Positions 12,121 through 20,578 of a stretch of 64,000 bases of DNA are shown here, one piece after another. A model generated the notes under the pieces. That model was not told the origin of the DNA. It searched no databases and saw only the letters and a list, made by a program, of their open reading frames with translations. The DNA comes from Setoptus koraiensis. Lineage: Eukaryota; Animalia; Arthropoda. Numbering within the stretch: position 1 is the first letter of the stretch; each line of letters begins with the position of its first letter. A program made the translations under genes and the position numbers. The DNA is taken from positions 23,746,001 to 23,810,000 of the forward strand of contig CM106585.1 in NCBI GenBank assembly GCA_048013815.1, read 5' to 3'.

Positions 12121-15100
12121 ATGGCCGCCGCAACATATAGGATAGAACAATATATACAAAGTGACTCTGAATTTAGATCACTATCCGATCTATTACAGGT
12201 AACACAGGACAAAGCGCCCACTGTTAGCGGCCTCAAAGATGTCGATTATCCGAATTCTGTAGACAATAGTAATAGGGTGCCATTAACATCAAACATAACT
12301 ACAGTGCCTACACCAGCTGATTTAGTAGAACAATTCACTAATATGGAACACAATTGCGAGCTTGGCCTCTTCACAGAGATCTCACGAGCCTGGCTTTCAG
12401 TAGATAGTAATATATTCTTATGGGCTTACGATAATGGTGGCGATGTTGCCTATTACGATGGCATTGAACAAACTATAATCGGAGTCTGTCTGGCCAAACC
12501 TAAACCAAAAGTGTTCAAGCCTCATATTAAATATTTACTTTGTCTTACAACAGCATCAGAGATCACCCTACTAGCTGTCACTTTCAATGATGATAATCCA
12601 AATCCGAGCAATTCAGCTGTATTATTAGTGCCAGATCCCGTATTTAGAATAGCCACGGATAATGTCAGATTGACAATTATTGCCGGTACAGATGATGGGC
12701 GTATATTTCTTGGCGGGCACGATGGGTGTCTATATGAGATCGTTTATCAAGCAGAAAGTGGATGGTTTGGACGCAGTTGCCGCAAGGTAAACCATTCAAC
12801 CAGTTTGTTATCTTATGTGATGCCATCATTCCTCAATTTTAGTGAATTAGAGCCAATTGTTCAAATAGAGATCGATAACGAAAGACACCTGCTATACACG
12901 CGCTCCATCAAAAGTACCATTCAAATGTTCGATCTTGGTTATGATGGTCAACAAATGTCACGAGTGGTGTCCAGACCTCTGTCCAGCATAGTGAATCAAG
13001 CGTCATGCATAGCAAGAACAATAGATACTAATAATTTTAAGCCAATAATCAGTATAAAAGCTCTGTATAAAAGTGAATCTAGCAAGTTACATTTGATGGC
13101 CATGACTCAAGCAGGTGTGAGACTCTACTTCGCTGCCAAAGGTGATAGGCCCACCGGATTGGAACTCGTTCATGTTCGTTTGCCTCCAGGATTTACGCCA
13201 TCGTCGATTATGCAAAAACCAGCAGCAGTTAATAATCTCTACTATAAAGACAGCACTCTCATAATGACTAGTTTCCAATCAGAAGATAAGGATTTCCTTT
13301 GGGTATTGAGCAACGACGCTTACATTCATGAAAATCAAATGATGGAAACCTTCAATGTAAACTCTCTTAATGGGAGAGTTTGGACTGTCTCAGAGGAAAT
13401 AAATCCAACCCCAGTGATGGCACGTTTCGCCAATAATAAGCCACCCGCGTTAGCTACCCAACATTTTGAAGATAGAAGAAAATTTGTATTACTAACATCA
13501 CAAGGAGTTCACATTATCTACAAGAATAGACCAATTGATTTGCTTAGTAGACTTCTCATGGAAAATCAAAATCACGAGGCGCTGCCCGTACGACAGTTTT
13601 TCCAATCAATCAAACTATCTGAGGCCTGTCTAACCAGTCTGATTATTGCGTGCACTTCTAAGCTACCTCAAGAGAGTCAACTCGCTGAATTGGCAACTCT
13701 AGCTTTCTTCAGATATGGTTCTGGTCCTCGTGCCTTCAGAGTGCCTTCAATGTCCACCCCCATTAGTTCTCCAAATCAATCACTCTTGCCTGCCAACATG
13801 TCCCCGATAGCATCTTTCATGAATACGTCCGCAAATATGCCAGGCGATAGAATGGAAGTACAATTCAGTGCCAGGCACGATGCAATCTTTTTATATCTAG
13901 CCAGGATACTAAGACCTCTCTGGCATGTGCGAGTTTCCATGTCACAATCAATCAGTCCAGGACACGATTGCTTAGTCAACACCGTTGAGTTGGACGAGCT
14001 ATCGCTTTATCTAAAACGATTGACCGAATTGAAACAATTTCTCTCATCCAGCATGCAGTTTAACACGGATAACAACCTCAGCGCCAATCTCAAAACAAAT
14101 AGCAGAAATGAGCCGGCGGATGCTGCTTCTCAGGAGCGTGAATCTACTAATGCTATGTCGCAGTTATTGGATCGGTGCACCGAAGTCATGCATCTTTATC
14201 GATTATTGTGTGAGCATCAATTTGATTTGATATGTACAAACTTGCCTGTGGAAAAGCAGAATCAGCTGCACAGTATGACATTCAGAGACTTGATCACAAC
14301 GGAACACGATATGACAACCTTACTCGCCGGCGCCCTGGTCCGTCGATATCTCGATGACAATATAACAACTGACAGCATCAGTAGGAAACTACATGATGTC
14401 TGCCCATCTATTTTCAAGCAAGAAAATGCTCTATACGCAAAAGCAAATGAAATTATAATAAGAGCTCAGAATCTAACAGATAAGACAGATCGGGATAGAA
14501 TGATCAATGAGGCTGTTAATCTTTTCAAAAAAATAGGTGCTAGAATTAACTTGCAAAACGCTTGTGATCTTCTTCATTCCACCAGAGCCTATAGAAATAT
14601 AGTAGATCTCTGCCTCTATATAGCCGACAAGCGCGATCCTCAAAACCTAACTAGTTATTATCACAAAACTCTTATGCAAGCCAATCAAGATGGGAATTTT
14701 CAGAATGGAGACGATAGTAATAGCCAAGCAGCACAAGCAGCTCATGGTCGTGTTGATTGTTACATGAAAGTAATAGAGACATTAGATCGATTGATGAACA
14801 TCAGCAAATCTGCAATCCTAACACCTATGAATCTGAGTAATCACGAAGAACTAATGAACCACCATAATCAAGTAGTAAGTGTAGAGGACGCTAAATCTGC
14901 TTTCGACGACGTCATGAATTCGGCCGTTCAATCTACCGATGAATTATTTCACAATAAATTGTATGAATGGCTTTGCGAAAATAACCTATCCTCCAAACTT
15001 TTGGACCTACAATCCGCATACCTTGAGAATTTTCTCAAAAAGAAGACTTCATCATCCCTCGAATCAATCCCTTACTTGGACCTGATGTGGAGATACTATG

Positions 15101-16038
15101 AGAAACAAAACTCTTTCGCTCAAGCAGCTCAAGTTCTTGAAAGACTCGCCAGCAAGGCTACGGTTGACTACGATCTTCATAAACGTTTAGAATATCTATC
15201 TAGAGCTATAATATGTATGCAAAGTACAAACCCCGGCATGCTGGTTACTGATAAATTACAAAAATCTACACCTGGAGAATTTTTACACAAACTCGAGGAA
15301 AAAATGGAAGTTGCCCGAATACAGCACCATATTTTAGAGAAAATAAAAGATCTTCCTGAGACAACCTTCACTCAAGAAGCGATAAATCATCTCAACTACG
15401 AATTATTAGATTTATCGCAATTGTATGAAGATTTTGCGGAAAAATTCAAACTGCAAGATTGTCAGTTGTCCATATTGAAAAGCGCAGGTCACTATGACAA
15501 AGCGTTGATTGAAAACTTATGGCAGAGCATCATGGATAATATTATCCGCGAGTGTTCACACGAGCCTGCAGAGACACAAATCGTCCTATTGAGTAACAAA
15601 ATCAAGAATCTTGCGCATGAATTTATACCATCGGACAGATATTTTCCCGCATTTTTCGTACTTTCCTATTTGGAGTATAGGACACACCATCTTGAGAATA
15701 CTCAATGGATACACAAAACTTTCATGGAAGTAGGTTTCTCATTCATCAATCTATTAGACATATACCATAAATTTTACAAGTCGAGAGACCAAATGACCTA
15801 CTGGCCAAAAAAAGCCATTCACCTTCTTACTGTGCTAGCAAATCTCATCGGGAGATTCGCCAGCAAGCCCTCTGAGTTTCCTGCCCTCCAAAGACCTACA
15901 ATTGCGAGCACTTGTTTAGATGTGATATGCGGATATCTTATAGACCTACAAACAATGAGCTCTGCTGATAGAGACGTGAGAAGATTACAAGACGAATACA
16001 GAAATTTGCAGGCTCGGATAAATCTTTTACATTTATAG
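12121..16038 (+). CDS. Nup155: Nuclear pore complex protein Nup155 (Nup154/Nup170 family), 1305 aa, intronless
   Basis: Family motifs LGLFTEISRAWLSVDSNIFLWAY, YYDGIEQTIIGVCLAKPKPKVFKPHIKYLLCLTT, GRIFLGGHDGCLYEIVYQAESGWFGRSCRKVNHS, FSARHDAIFLYLARILRPLW, DELFHNKLYEWL and LSQLYEDFAEKFKLQDCQLSIL. Length is typical for the family. Confidence 0.97.
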   Translation: MAAATYRIEQYIQSDSEFRSLSDLLQVTQDKAPTVSGLKDVDYPNSVDNSNRVPLTSNITTVPTPADLVEQFTNMEHNCELGLFTEISRAWLSVDSNIFLWAYDNGGDVAYYDGIEQTIIGVCLAKPKPKVFKPHIKYLLCLTTASEITLLAVTFNDDNPNPSNSAVLLVPDPVFRIATDNVRLTIIAGTDDGRIFLGGHDGCLYEIVYQAESGWFGRSCRKVNHSTSLLSYVMPSFLNFSELEPIVQIEIDNERHLLYTRSIKSTIQMFDLGYDGQQMSRVVSRPLSSIVNQASCIARTIDTNNFKPIISIKALYKSESSKLHLMAMTQAGVRLYFAAKGDRPTGLELVHVRLPPGFTPSSIMQKPAAVNNLYYKDSTLIMTSFQSEDKDFLWVLSNDAYIHENQMMETFNVNSLNGRVWTVSEEINPTPVMARFANNKPPALATQHFEDRRKFVLLTSQGVHIIYKNRPIDLLSRLLMENQNHEALPVRQFFQSIKLSEACLTSLIIACTSKLPQESQLAELATLAFFRYGSGPRAFRVPSMSTPISSPNQSLLPANMSPIASFMNTSANMPGDRMEVQFSARHDAIFLYLARILRPLWHVRVSMSQSISPGHDCLVNTVELDELSLYLKRLTELKQFLSSSMQFNTDNNLSANLKTNSRNEPADAASQERESTNAMSQLLDRCTEVMHLYRLLCEHQFDLICTNLPVEKQNQLHSMTFRDLITTEHDMTTLLAGALVRRYLDDNITTDSISRKLHDVCPSIFKQENALYAKANEIIIRAQNLTDKTDRDRMINEAVNLFKKIGARINLQNACDLLHSTRAYRNIVDLCLYIADKRDPQNLTSYYHKTLMQANQDGNFQNGDDSNSQAAQAAHGRVDCYMKVIETLDRLMNISKSAILTPMNLSNHEELMNHHNQVVSVEDAKSAFDDVMNSAVQSTDELFHNKLYEWLCENNLSSKLLDLQSAYLENFLKKKTSSSLESIPYLDLMWRYYEKQNSFAQAAQVLERLASKATVDYDLHKRLEYLSRAIICMQSTNPGMLVTDKLQKSTPGEFLHKLEEKMEVARIQHHILEKIKDLPETTFTQEAINHLNYELLDLSQLYEDFAEKFKLQDCQLSILKSAGHYDKALIENLWQSIMDNIIRECSHEPAETQIVLLSNKIKNLAHEFIPSDRYFPAFFVLSYLEYRTHHLENTQWIHKTFMEVGFSFINLLDIYHKFYKSRDQMTYWPKKAIHLLTVLANLIGRFASKPSEFPALQRPTIASTCLDVICGYLIDLQTMSSADRDVRRLQDEYRNLQARINLLHL

Positions 16039-16061
16039 TAGCAGCTTTTGTAATATACGTT

Positions 16062-16115
16062 ATTAAAAATTCAATTTCGCTCTGATAATATACTGATTTT
16101 GACAGATGATTTATT
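16062..16115. terminator. Back-to-back candidate polyadenylation signals of the convergent Nup155 and PCID2 genes
   Basis: ATTAAA on + at 16062-16067 and AATAAA on - at 16110-16115, inside the 110-bp gap between the two stop codons. Confidence 0.5.
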
Positions 16116-16148
16116 TTGCAGATGGATGAATGACTTTTTGAGTGTTCG

Positions 16149-17378
16149 TTAAACCTCTTTTGCAGCATTTATCTCTGCCAACGGGGGGAAGGGGTTAGAT
16201 TTTGAGACCACTACCATTTGGTGATTGAGGGATATATACCCTTTAATCTTGCCGTCATAAATAAGATTGGCCAAGATGCAGTGAACTTCTTCCGTTTTGA
16301 CGTCTTGTTGATTTTGAACAATCCTGACTGCTGCACAAAAGGCCTTAATAGGAATAGTATGAGTCTGCATAACTAGTTTCACTTTCTTGAAAATATTTCT
16401 GTATGTTAAAATTCTGAGTTTTTCCACTATGAGATATATTCCGTATTTCCAGAAGAAATCGTAATTGAATTCTAGTGCCTCATCCAGGTCTCCAACCCTT
16501 CCATTGATAACAGCTTGTTTGACCGATTTGAACTGGGGTAGATTATAGTGATTCATGAGATCTTCACTTGGCATATGACCCATGAGCATTTTCACAGGTA
16601 TGAGAAATATGAGAGTCAATCTTTTGTGTTTGTACATTTGGGGTTGACAATTTTTAAAAACAAATTCTAGGAGAGTCTCAGCTTTCACCACATTAGAATC
16701 AAATAGAGATTTGATCCCCAGATAGTAGTTGTAAGTCACTTGTTGAGCTAAGCTAAAATGATTGAAAATGTCAGCATTGTCAAGGGCCTTGATCAGCGGC
16801 TTACAAAGATGTAACTTGTTGATCTTGAAGTAAATCTTGAATAATTGATTTATTATTATGATCATTCCTATTCTCTTAGAGTTTTCAAATGATGATCTCG
16901 AATCTGTTGCACATATTCTGAACAGTCCCATGAGAGAATCGGCAGCTTTTTCAGAATTTATATCAGGTTTGTGAGCCGTGTTTGGAAATTGTTGATGATT
17001 AGATGTTTTCCCAGATTCTATAGCTAATTTCCTGAGATCGACCGATTGCTTGTGCATGAGTGTTATGCACCAATTTTCCTCGCGTTGACTTTGCAACAAT
17101 TTTGTCAAGTCATTAATAGAGGAGAGTTTTTCATTGAAGGCATTCTGACAGTCTCCTTTTCTGAGTAATTCCAACACTTTCAAGTGAGAATCTATAAGCT
17201 GGTCCCAATAACTTGGAAGTTGGACGTTTTTTGGGCGCTGAGATCCCTTTTGTAAGATTCTATCAATATTTGTCAGGTCACACAAATCTAAACTGAGTAA
17301 CTTGGCCACCTCTTCTCCATTCTTACTGTAAATGGCTCGTTTAAGAAACTCGTAGTAGTCTGGTAAGCTTGATATCAT
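16149..17378 (-). CDS. PCID2: PCI domain-containing protein 2 (TREX-2 subunit, Thp1/CSN12 family), about 409 aa, intronless
   Basis: ATG at 17378 (the track's start at 17408 is a TTG). Motifs FRICATDSRSSFENSKRIGM, NQLFKIYFKINKLHLCKPLIKAL, AQQVTYNYYLG, KRLTLIFLIPVKMLMGHMP, GIYLIVEKLRILTYRNIFKKV and VHCILANLIYDGKIKGYISLNHQMVVVSKSNPFP. Confidence 0.97.
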   Translation of the reverse strand: MISSLPDYYEFLKRAIYSKNGEEVAKLLSLDLCDLTNIDRILQKGSQRPKNVQLPSYWDQLIDSHLKVLELLRKGDCQNAFNEKLSSINDLTKLLQSQREENWCITLMHKQSVDLRKLAIESGKTSNHQQFPNTAHKPDINSEKAADSLMGLFRICATDSRSSFENSKRIGMIIIINQLFKIYFKINKLHLCKPLIKALDNADIFNHFSLAQQVTYNYYLGIKSLFDSNVVKAETLLEFVFKNCQPQMYKHKRLTLIFLIPVKMLMGHMPSEDLMNHYNLPQFKSVKQAVINGRVGDLDEALEFNYDFFWKYGIYLIVEKLRILTYRNIFKKVKLVMQTHTIPIKAFCAAVRIVQNQQDVKTEEVHCILANLIYDGKIKGYISLNHQMVVVSKSNPFPPLAEINAAKEV

Positions 17379-17667
17379 TTTGATAGGATCGTTGGACCAA
17401 TTGTGCAAGAGTGGCTGCGATGATGTTGATTCTAATAGTCAGTTTTTATTATAATTACTATTGTTATTAAGTGACAATATAAACAGACAATCATGAAAGA
17501 TCCTACAACACAATAAGCGTGTGAAGAGTTGTGGAAAGCATACAAAAGCGTCAATATTAGCTGTCATGAGTGGATATGTTTGATTCCGATAAACATGTGT
17601 TCTTAAATCGTGACTAAAATACAAGTAAAATCTGGCGCGAAAATCAAGTTTCCTCGCACGTCGTCAT

Positions 17668-18678
17668 TCACTGTTTGGACTGAGCTTTTGGTTTGGGTGG
17701 GCTTGTGTTTTTTGTGGTCAAGCGTTGGAATGAATCTCCAAGATCATCGACCGCAGCTCTATCAGCATGTTGTCTTTGTTCACCGCTTGGCCCTGCTTGA
17801 ACATGTAGTTCCTCTTCTCGAGCAGGCCTTTCCCCTTCCGGTATGGTTTCCACGACCCTCTTGAATTCCTTCATATCCTTACTGAACTTTCTTGCCTTCG
17901 CTAAAAGATTTGCTCGAGTACAATTTCCAGTCTCATTGTACTTGTGATAATCGCACAGAAAAGCCTCATCATATTCGTGGCCCGAGGTGTTACCAAGTTC
18001 CTTTTCCGCCACCGCCTTGCCTATGATTGAGGTGAAAAAGCCTATGCGTCTGGAGACACAAACATAAAGATCATGTATGCTGTAGATTTTAAGCGGCTTG
18101 TACTTTTTTCTATTACCATGAGGTCCACAAACCTGATCTATCAGCCATTTGATGCTGCCTATATCTTGGCGAATGTGCTTCAGTGACAATGAAAATAAAG
18201 TGTAGTCCGACGAAACCAACTGATAGATTTTAGACAAAACTTCATGGTACTTATCGCGTGGCGTATCGAATGGTCCTTCTTGTATTCCCGCAATCTTGTG
18301 ATTTGGTTGATGCTTCAATGCCTCAACCCTACAGTTTCGTGCCGGTTCTCCTGGGTGAAACATGAAGTGATGTACAACATAATCTTTTTCTTCCATATCT
18401 ATAGACCATTTTGTAACTGTCAATTCCACCGGCATGTATAAATCACGAATGTAATTAGGGATATGCTCTTGGTCGCTATCAACAACTGCGCACAGTACGT
18501 TAGTGCTTATAGTGACAAAATTTTTCTTGAAAATATCTTTTTTATATTGTGCGACATAGTCTTCGGCACATTTCCTGTATTTGACTCGAGTATCGTCATA
18601 ATGTACAATATCATGTTCTCCCGGTCCGGGCGCCCAATCTGCTTCGTGGGCCTCTGCAACTGATCCCAGTGGAGCCAT
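17668..18678 (-). CDS. mael: Maelstrom (piRNA pathway, MAEL domain), about 336 aa, intronless, without a complete HMG box
   Basis: MAEL-domain pattern FVTISTNVLC...YMPVELTVTKWSI...HHFMFHPGEP and C-terminal FLCDYH...GNC. The Zn-binding E-C-H-C residues are present. First ATG at 18678 (the track's start at 18699 is a TTG). Confidence 0.8.
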   Translation of the reverse strand: MAPLGSVAEAHEADWAPGPGEHDIVHYDDTRVKYRKCAEDYVAQYKKDIFKKNFVTISTNVLCAVVDSDQEHIPNYIRDLYMPVELTVTKWSIDMEEKDYVVHHFMFHPGEPARNCRVEALKHQPNHKIAGIQEGPFDTPRDKYHEVLSKIYQLVSSDYTLFSLSLKHIRQDIGSIKWLIDQVCGPHGNRKKYKPLKIYSIHDLYVCVSRRIGFFTSIIGKAVAEKELGNTSGHEYDEAFLCDYHKYNETGNCTRANLLAKARKFSKDMKEFKRVVETIPEGERPAREEELHVQAGPSGEQRQHADRAAVDDLGDSFQRLTTKNTSPPKPKAQSKQ

Positions 18679-19385
18679 GTGTGATAAAAATAATGTCAAC
18701 GTGACAAAATGTGCGACAAAAAGCTAGATGGCTTGTTCCGATAGAGTAGTTATGTAGTTTGGCAGCAACAACAGGTTGACTAAAAAGTGAGAAATGAACT
18801 GACGAGAAAAATTAGATGGCCACTCTATGTAAAGGACATTTGGCACGTTGAAGAGGTTAACAGGACACTGGCGGCTGTTGTCTGGACGAGCATTGATACG
18901 CTGTTATTGTTCGGAGTGGTCGATGTTCAGTGCAACACTGATCGGGTTAGTGTTACAAGCCAGCTTATGTAACAGGGCTGTTGCCAATAGCGAAAGCAGC
19001 GCAAACACACACACACACATACACACACACAAACAAACAAACAAGTATAAATTGTTCAACAAATCACAATTCTAATGTAATGCACGGCGAGTTCTATAAC
19101 TAATGGCGCCAGTCACAGTGACGATAATCAGCCAGCCAGCACGCGGCGGACATTTTTCGATGGACGGACAGCAGCAAATGTCGTCGTTTACAAATGGCGA
19201 AAATGCTAACCATGTTTTTTGAACAAGATGTACATGTAAGCTGACTTGCATGTATTGAGCATCAATTATCGAGGCTGTAGGAGGACAAACTCAAATTGAG
19301 TGTGCAGTCGGCACAAGAGATAGTGACACCGCGTACCATGATAATAGTCTCTCGACGAGTAACTTAATATTCCGTCTCCGTGCTG

Positions 19386-19774
19386 CTAGTCTCACTTATA
19401 CGTGATATAGGGAGAGCCACCTCCCCTAAAACGCTGAGAGGGGAGCTGAGAGTCTAGACCGTTCGCACATGGGAGGCGGCATATTAGACTAGTTGTAGAT
19501 TTTATGAGCCAGTTGAAATGATCATGAAAACGAGCTTCTAATTTCCACGGGTGTATTTATCTTTCATTTGTGTTTTTTGCGAGTTGGAGAGTTGCAGGTC
19601 GAGCCTTTGCTCTCCAGCTTGAGGCGGGCAAAGGGGAGGCGAGAGGAGTGGATTATCAATTTTTAGTTATAGGGTGAGGATAGGAGGTCGCCTCCTGACG
19701 ATGGGAGGTGGGAAAAGTTGACCAACTGGCAAGAGCTGGGAGCTGGATGCCTCCTCAGAATTTTTTTTTTTTTT
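19386..19774 (+). ncRNA. G-rich, hairpin-dense segment ending in T14, directly upstream of RNA copy A
   Basis: CTAGTCT(19386-92)/AGACTAG(19486-92); CTCCCCT(19421-27)/AGGGGAG(19439-45); 11-bp GAGTTGGAGAG(19581-91)/CTCTCCAGCTT(19610-20); AGGAGG-TCG-CCTCCT(19682-96); CACCTCCC(19418-25)/GGGAGGTG(19703-10). Composition is unlike the flanking DNA. Confidence 0.4.
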
Positions 19775-20000
19775 GTTAGTTCAAATCCGGCGCCCTTTCA
19801 AATCGGCTCGTGTGACGAAATGGAGTGCGCACATGCTCACCCTTTCGAGGGGTGTAAGTAGAATTCATCAGTGTTGTGATCAGGGTGCCTTTCCCCATGG
19901 CCGACAAGAGAAATGTGCATGGTTGCACTCAATCCCTAAATGTTCCATCGCTAGGCAGCTAACACACTTGCGCTGCGCGGGCCTCTCACTCGAATAACTA
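19775..20000 (+). ncRNA. Unknown structured RNA element, copy A (paralogue of 11663-11939)
   Basis: Same ordered blocks as copy B. Helices: GGCGCCCT(19789-96)/AGGGTGCC(19882-89), GGCTCGTG(19805-12)/CGCGGGCC(19976-83), CACCCTT-TCG-AGGGGTG hairpin (19838-54), GTGCA-TGGT-TGCAC (19915-28), terminal TAGTT/AACTA. Confidence 0.65.
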
Positions 20001-20578
20001 TATATACTGTGCCGTAATCATTGATTCAAATAACGGTGCTCTTACACACAATCTCATCCAATGTACAATGTATGATAATTTTTCTTTCTCTTTATTTTAC
20101 AAGAGCAACCAGCAATAAAAATAACAGCGATGATAATGACACCTGCTGAACAATAACAACCAGTAAATTTATAAAATATCCAAGGATCACTAACACTAAT
20201 TCGGCATAGAAATATCTCATCTACAATTGTATTTATAATTTGCACTAACCGACAAAATGGTGCTCTGCTAATAATGCCCAAGGAGAGTTACCAATGCATT
20301 TGGATAGTAAAATTCGACTTGAAACATCACTAACTCGGAAAATCATTGTTGATTTATTTCACATGATTCGACCACAACCAAACATTATTTACCGAATCTA
20401 CTAAACACACCCACATATACACACATAAACACTCACACACCCATCACGTTGTTTTGGGCGCCATATTCTTTATATCAATCTATCGCACATCCCAAAACAC
20501 GCGAGTCGCCTCTGCTGCACATTTTCTCTCGTTATATTTATGTTATAATAATCAACATTAATCTTACTAACTACAACC

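Larger units (their letters stand above)
19236..20103 (+). other. Putative intron of a non-coding or 5'-UTR transcript upstream of the HP1 gene, enclosing the structured RNA region
   Basis: Donor CAT|GTAAGC at 19235/19236 and acceptor tttttctttctctttattttacaag| ending at 20103. The joined exons give only very short ORFs (for example MLTMFFEQDVHSNQQ*). Confidence 0.45.

Noticed and set aside
19779-19800. tRNA B-box-like GTTCAAATCC and U11-like CCGGCGCCCTTT
   Set aside because: No cloverleaf or A-box upstream (a T14 run precedes it). Copy B reads GTTTAAACCTGGCGCTATT, and the other U11 elements are missing.
19865-19871. Hammerhead core CUGAUGA on the minus strand with a nearby GAAA
   Set aside because: Stems I and III do not form, and the motif is absent from copy B.
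19875-19928. U1 snRNA-like fragments (TGATCA, TTTCCC, TTGCACTC) in copy A
   Set aside because: No ATACTTACCTG 5' end, no GATCACGAAG loop and no Sm site downstream. The matches are not conserved in copy B.
19957-19966. Telomerase template or twister-ribozyme reading of CUAACAC
   Set aside because: No 1.5-repeat template for TTAGG-type telomeres, and the twister GUNCCAAGCCC / GAGGG elements are absent.
11663-20000. RNase P / RNase MRP identity for the paired RNA (similar P2/P4 crossing)
   Set aside because: The universal CR-I (GAAAGUCCCC / GGAAGGUCUGAG) and CR-V (GGGGCU.A / UUCAGACUA) motifs, the bulged U in P4 and the P3 helix are all absent. Only a covariance-model search could rescue a very divergent case.
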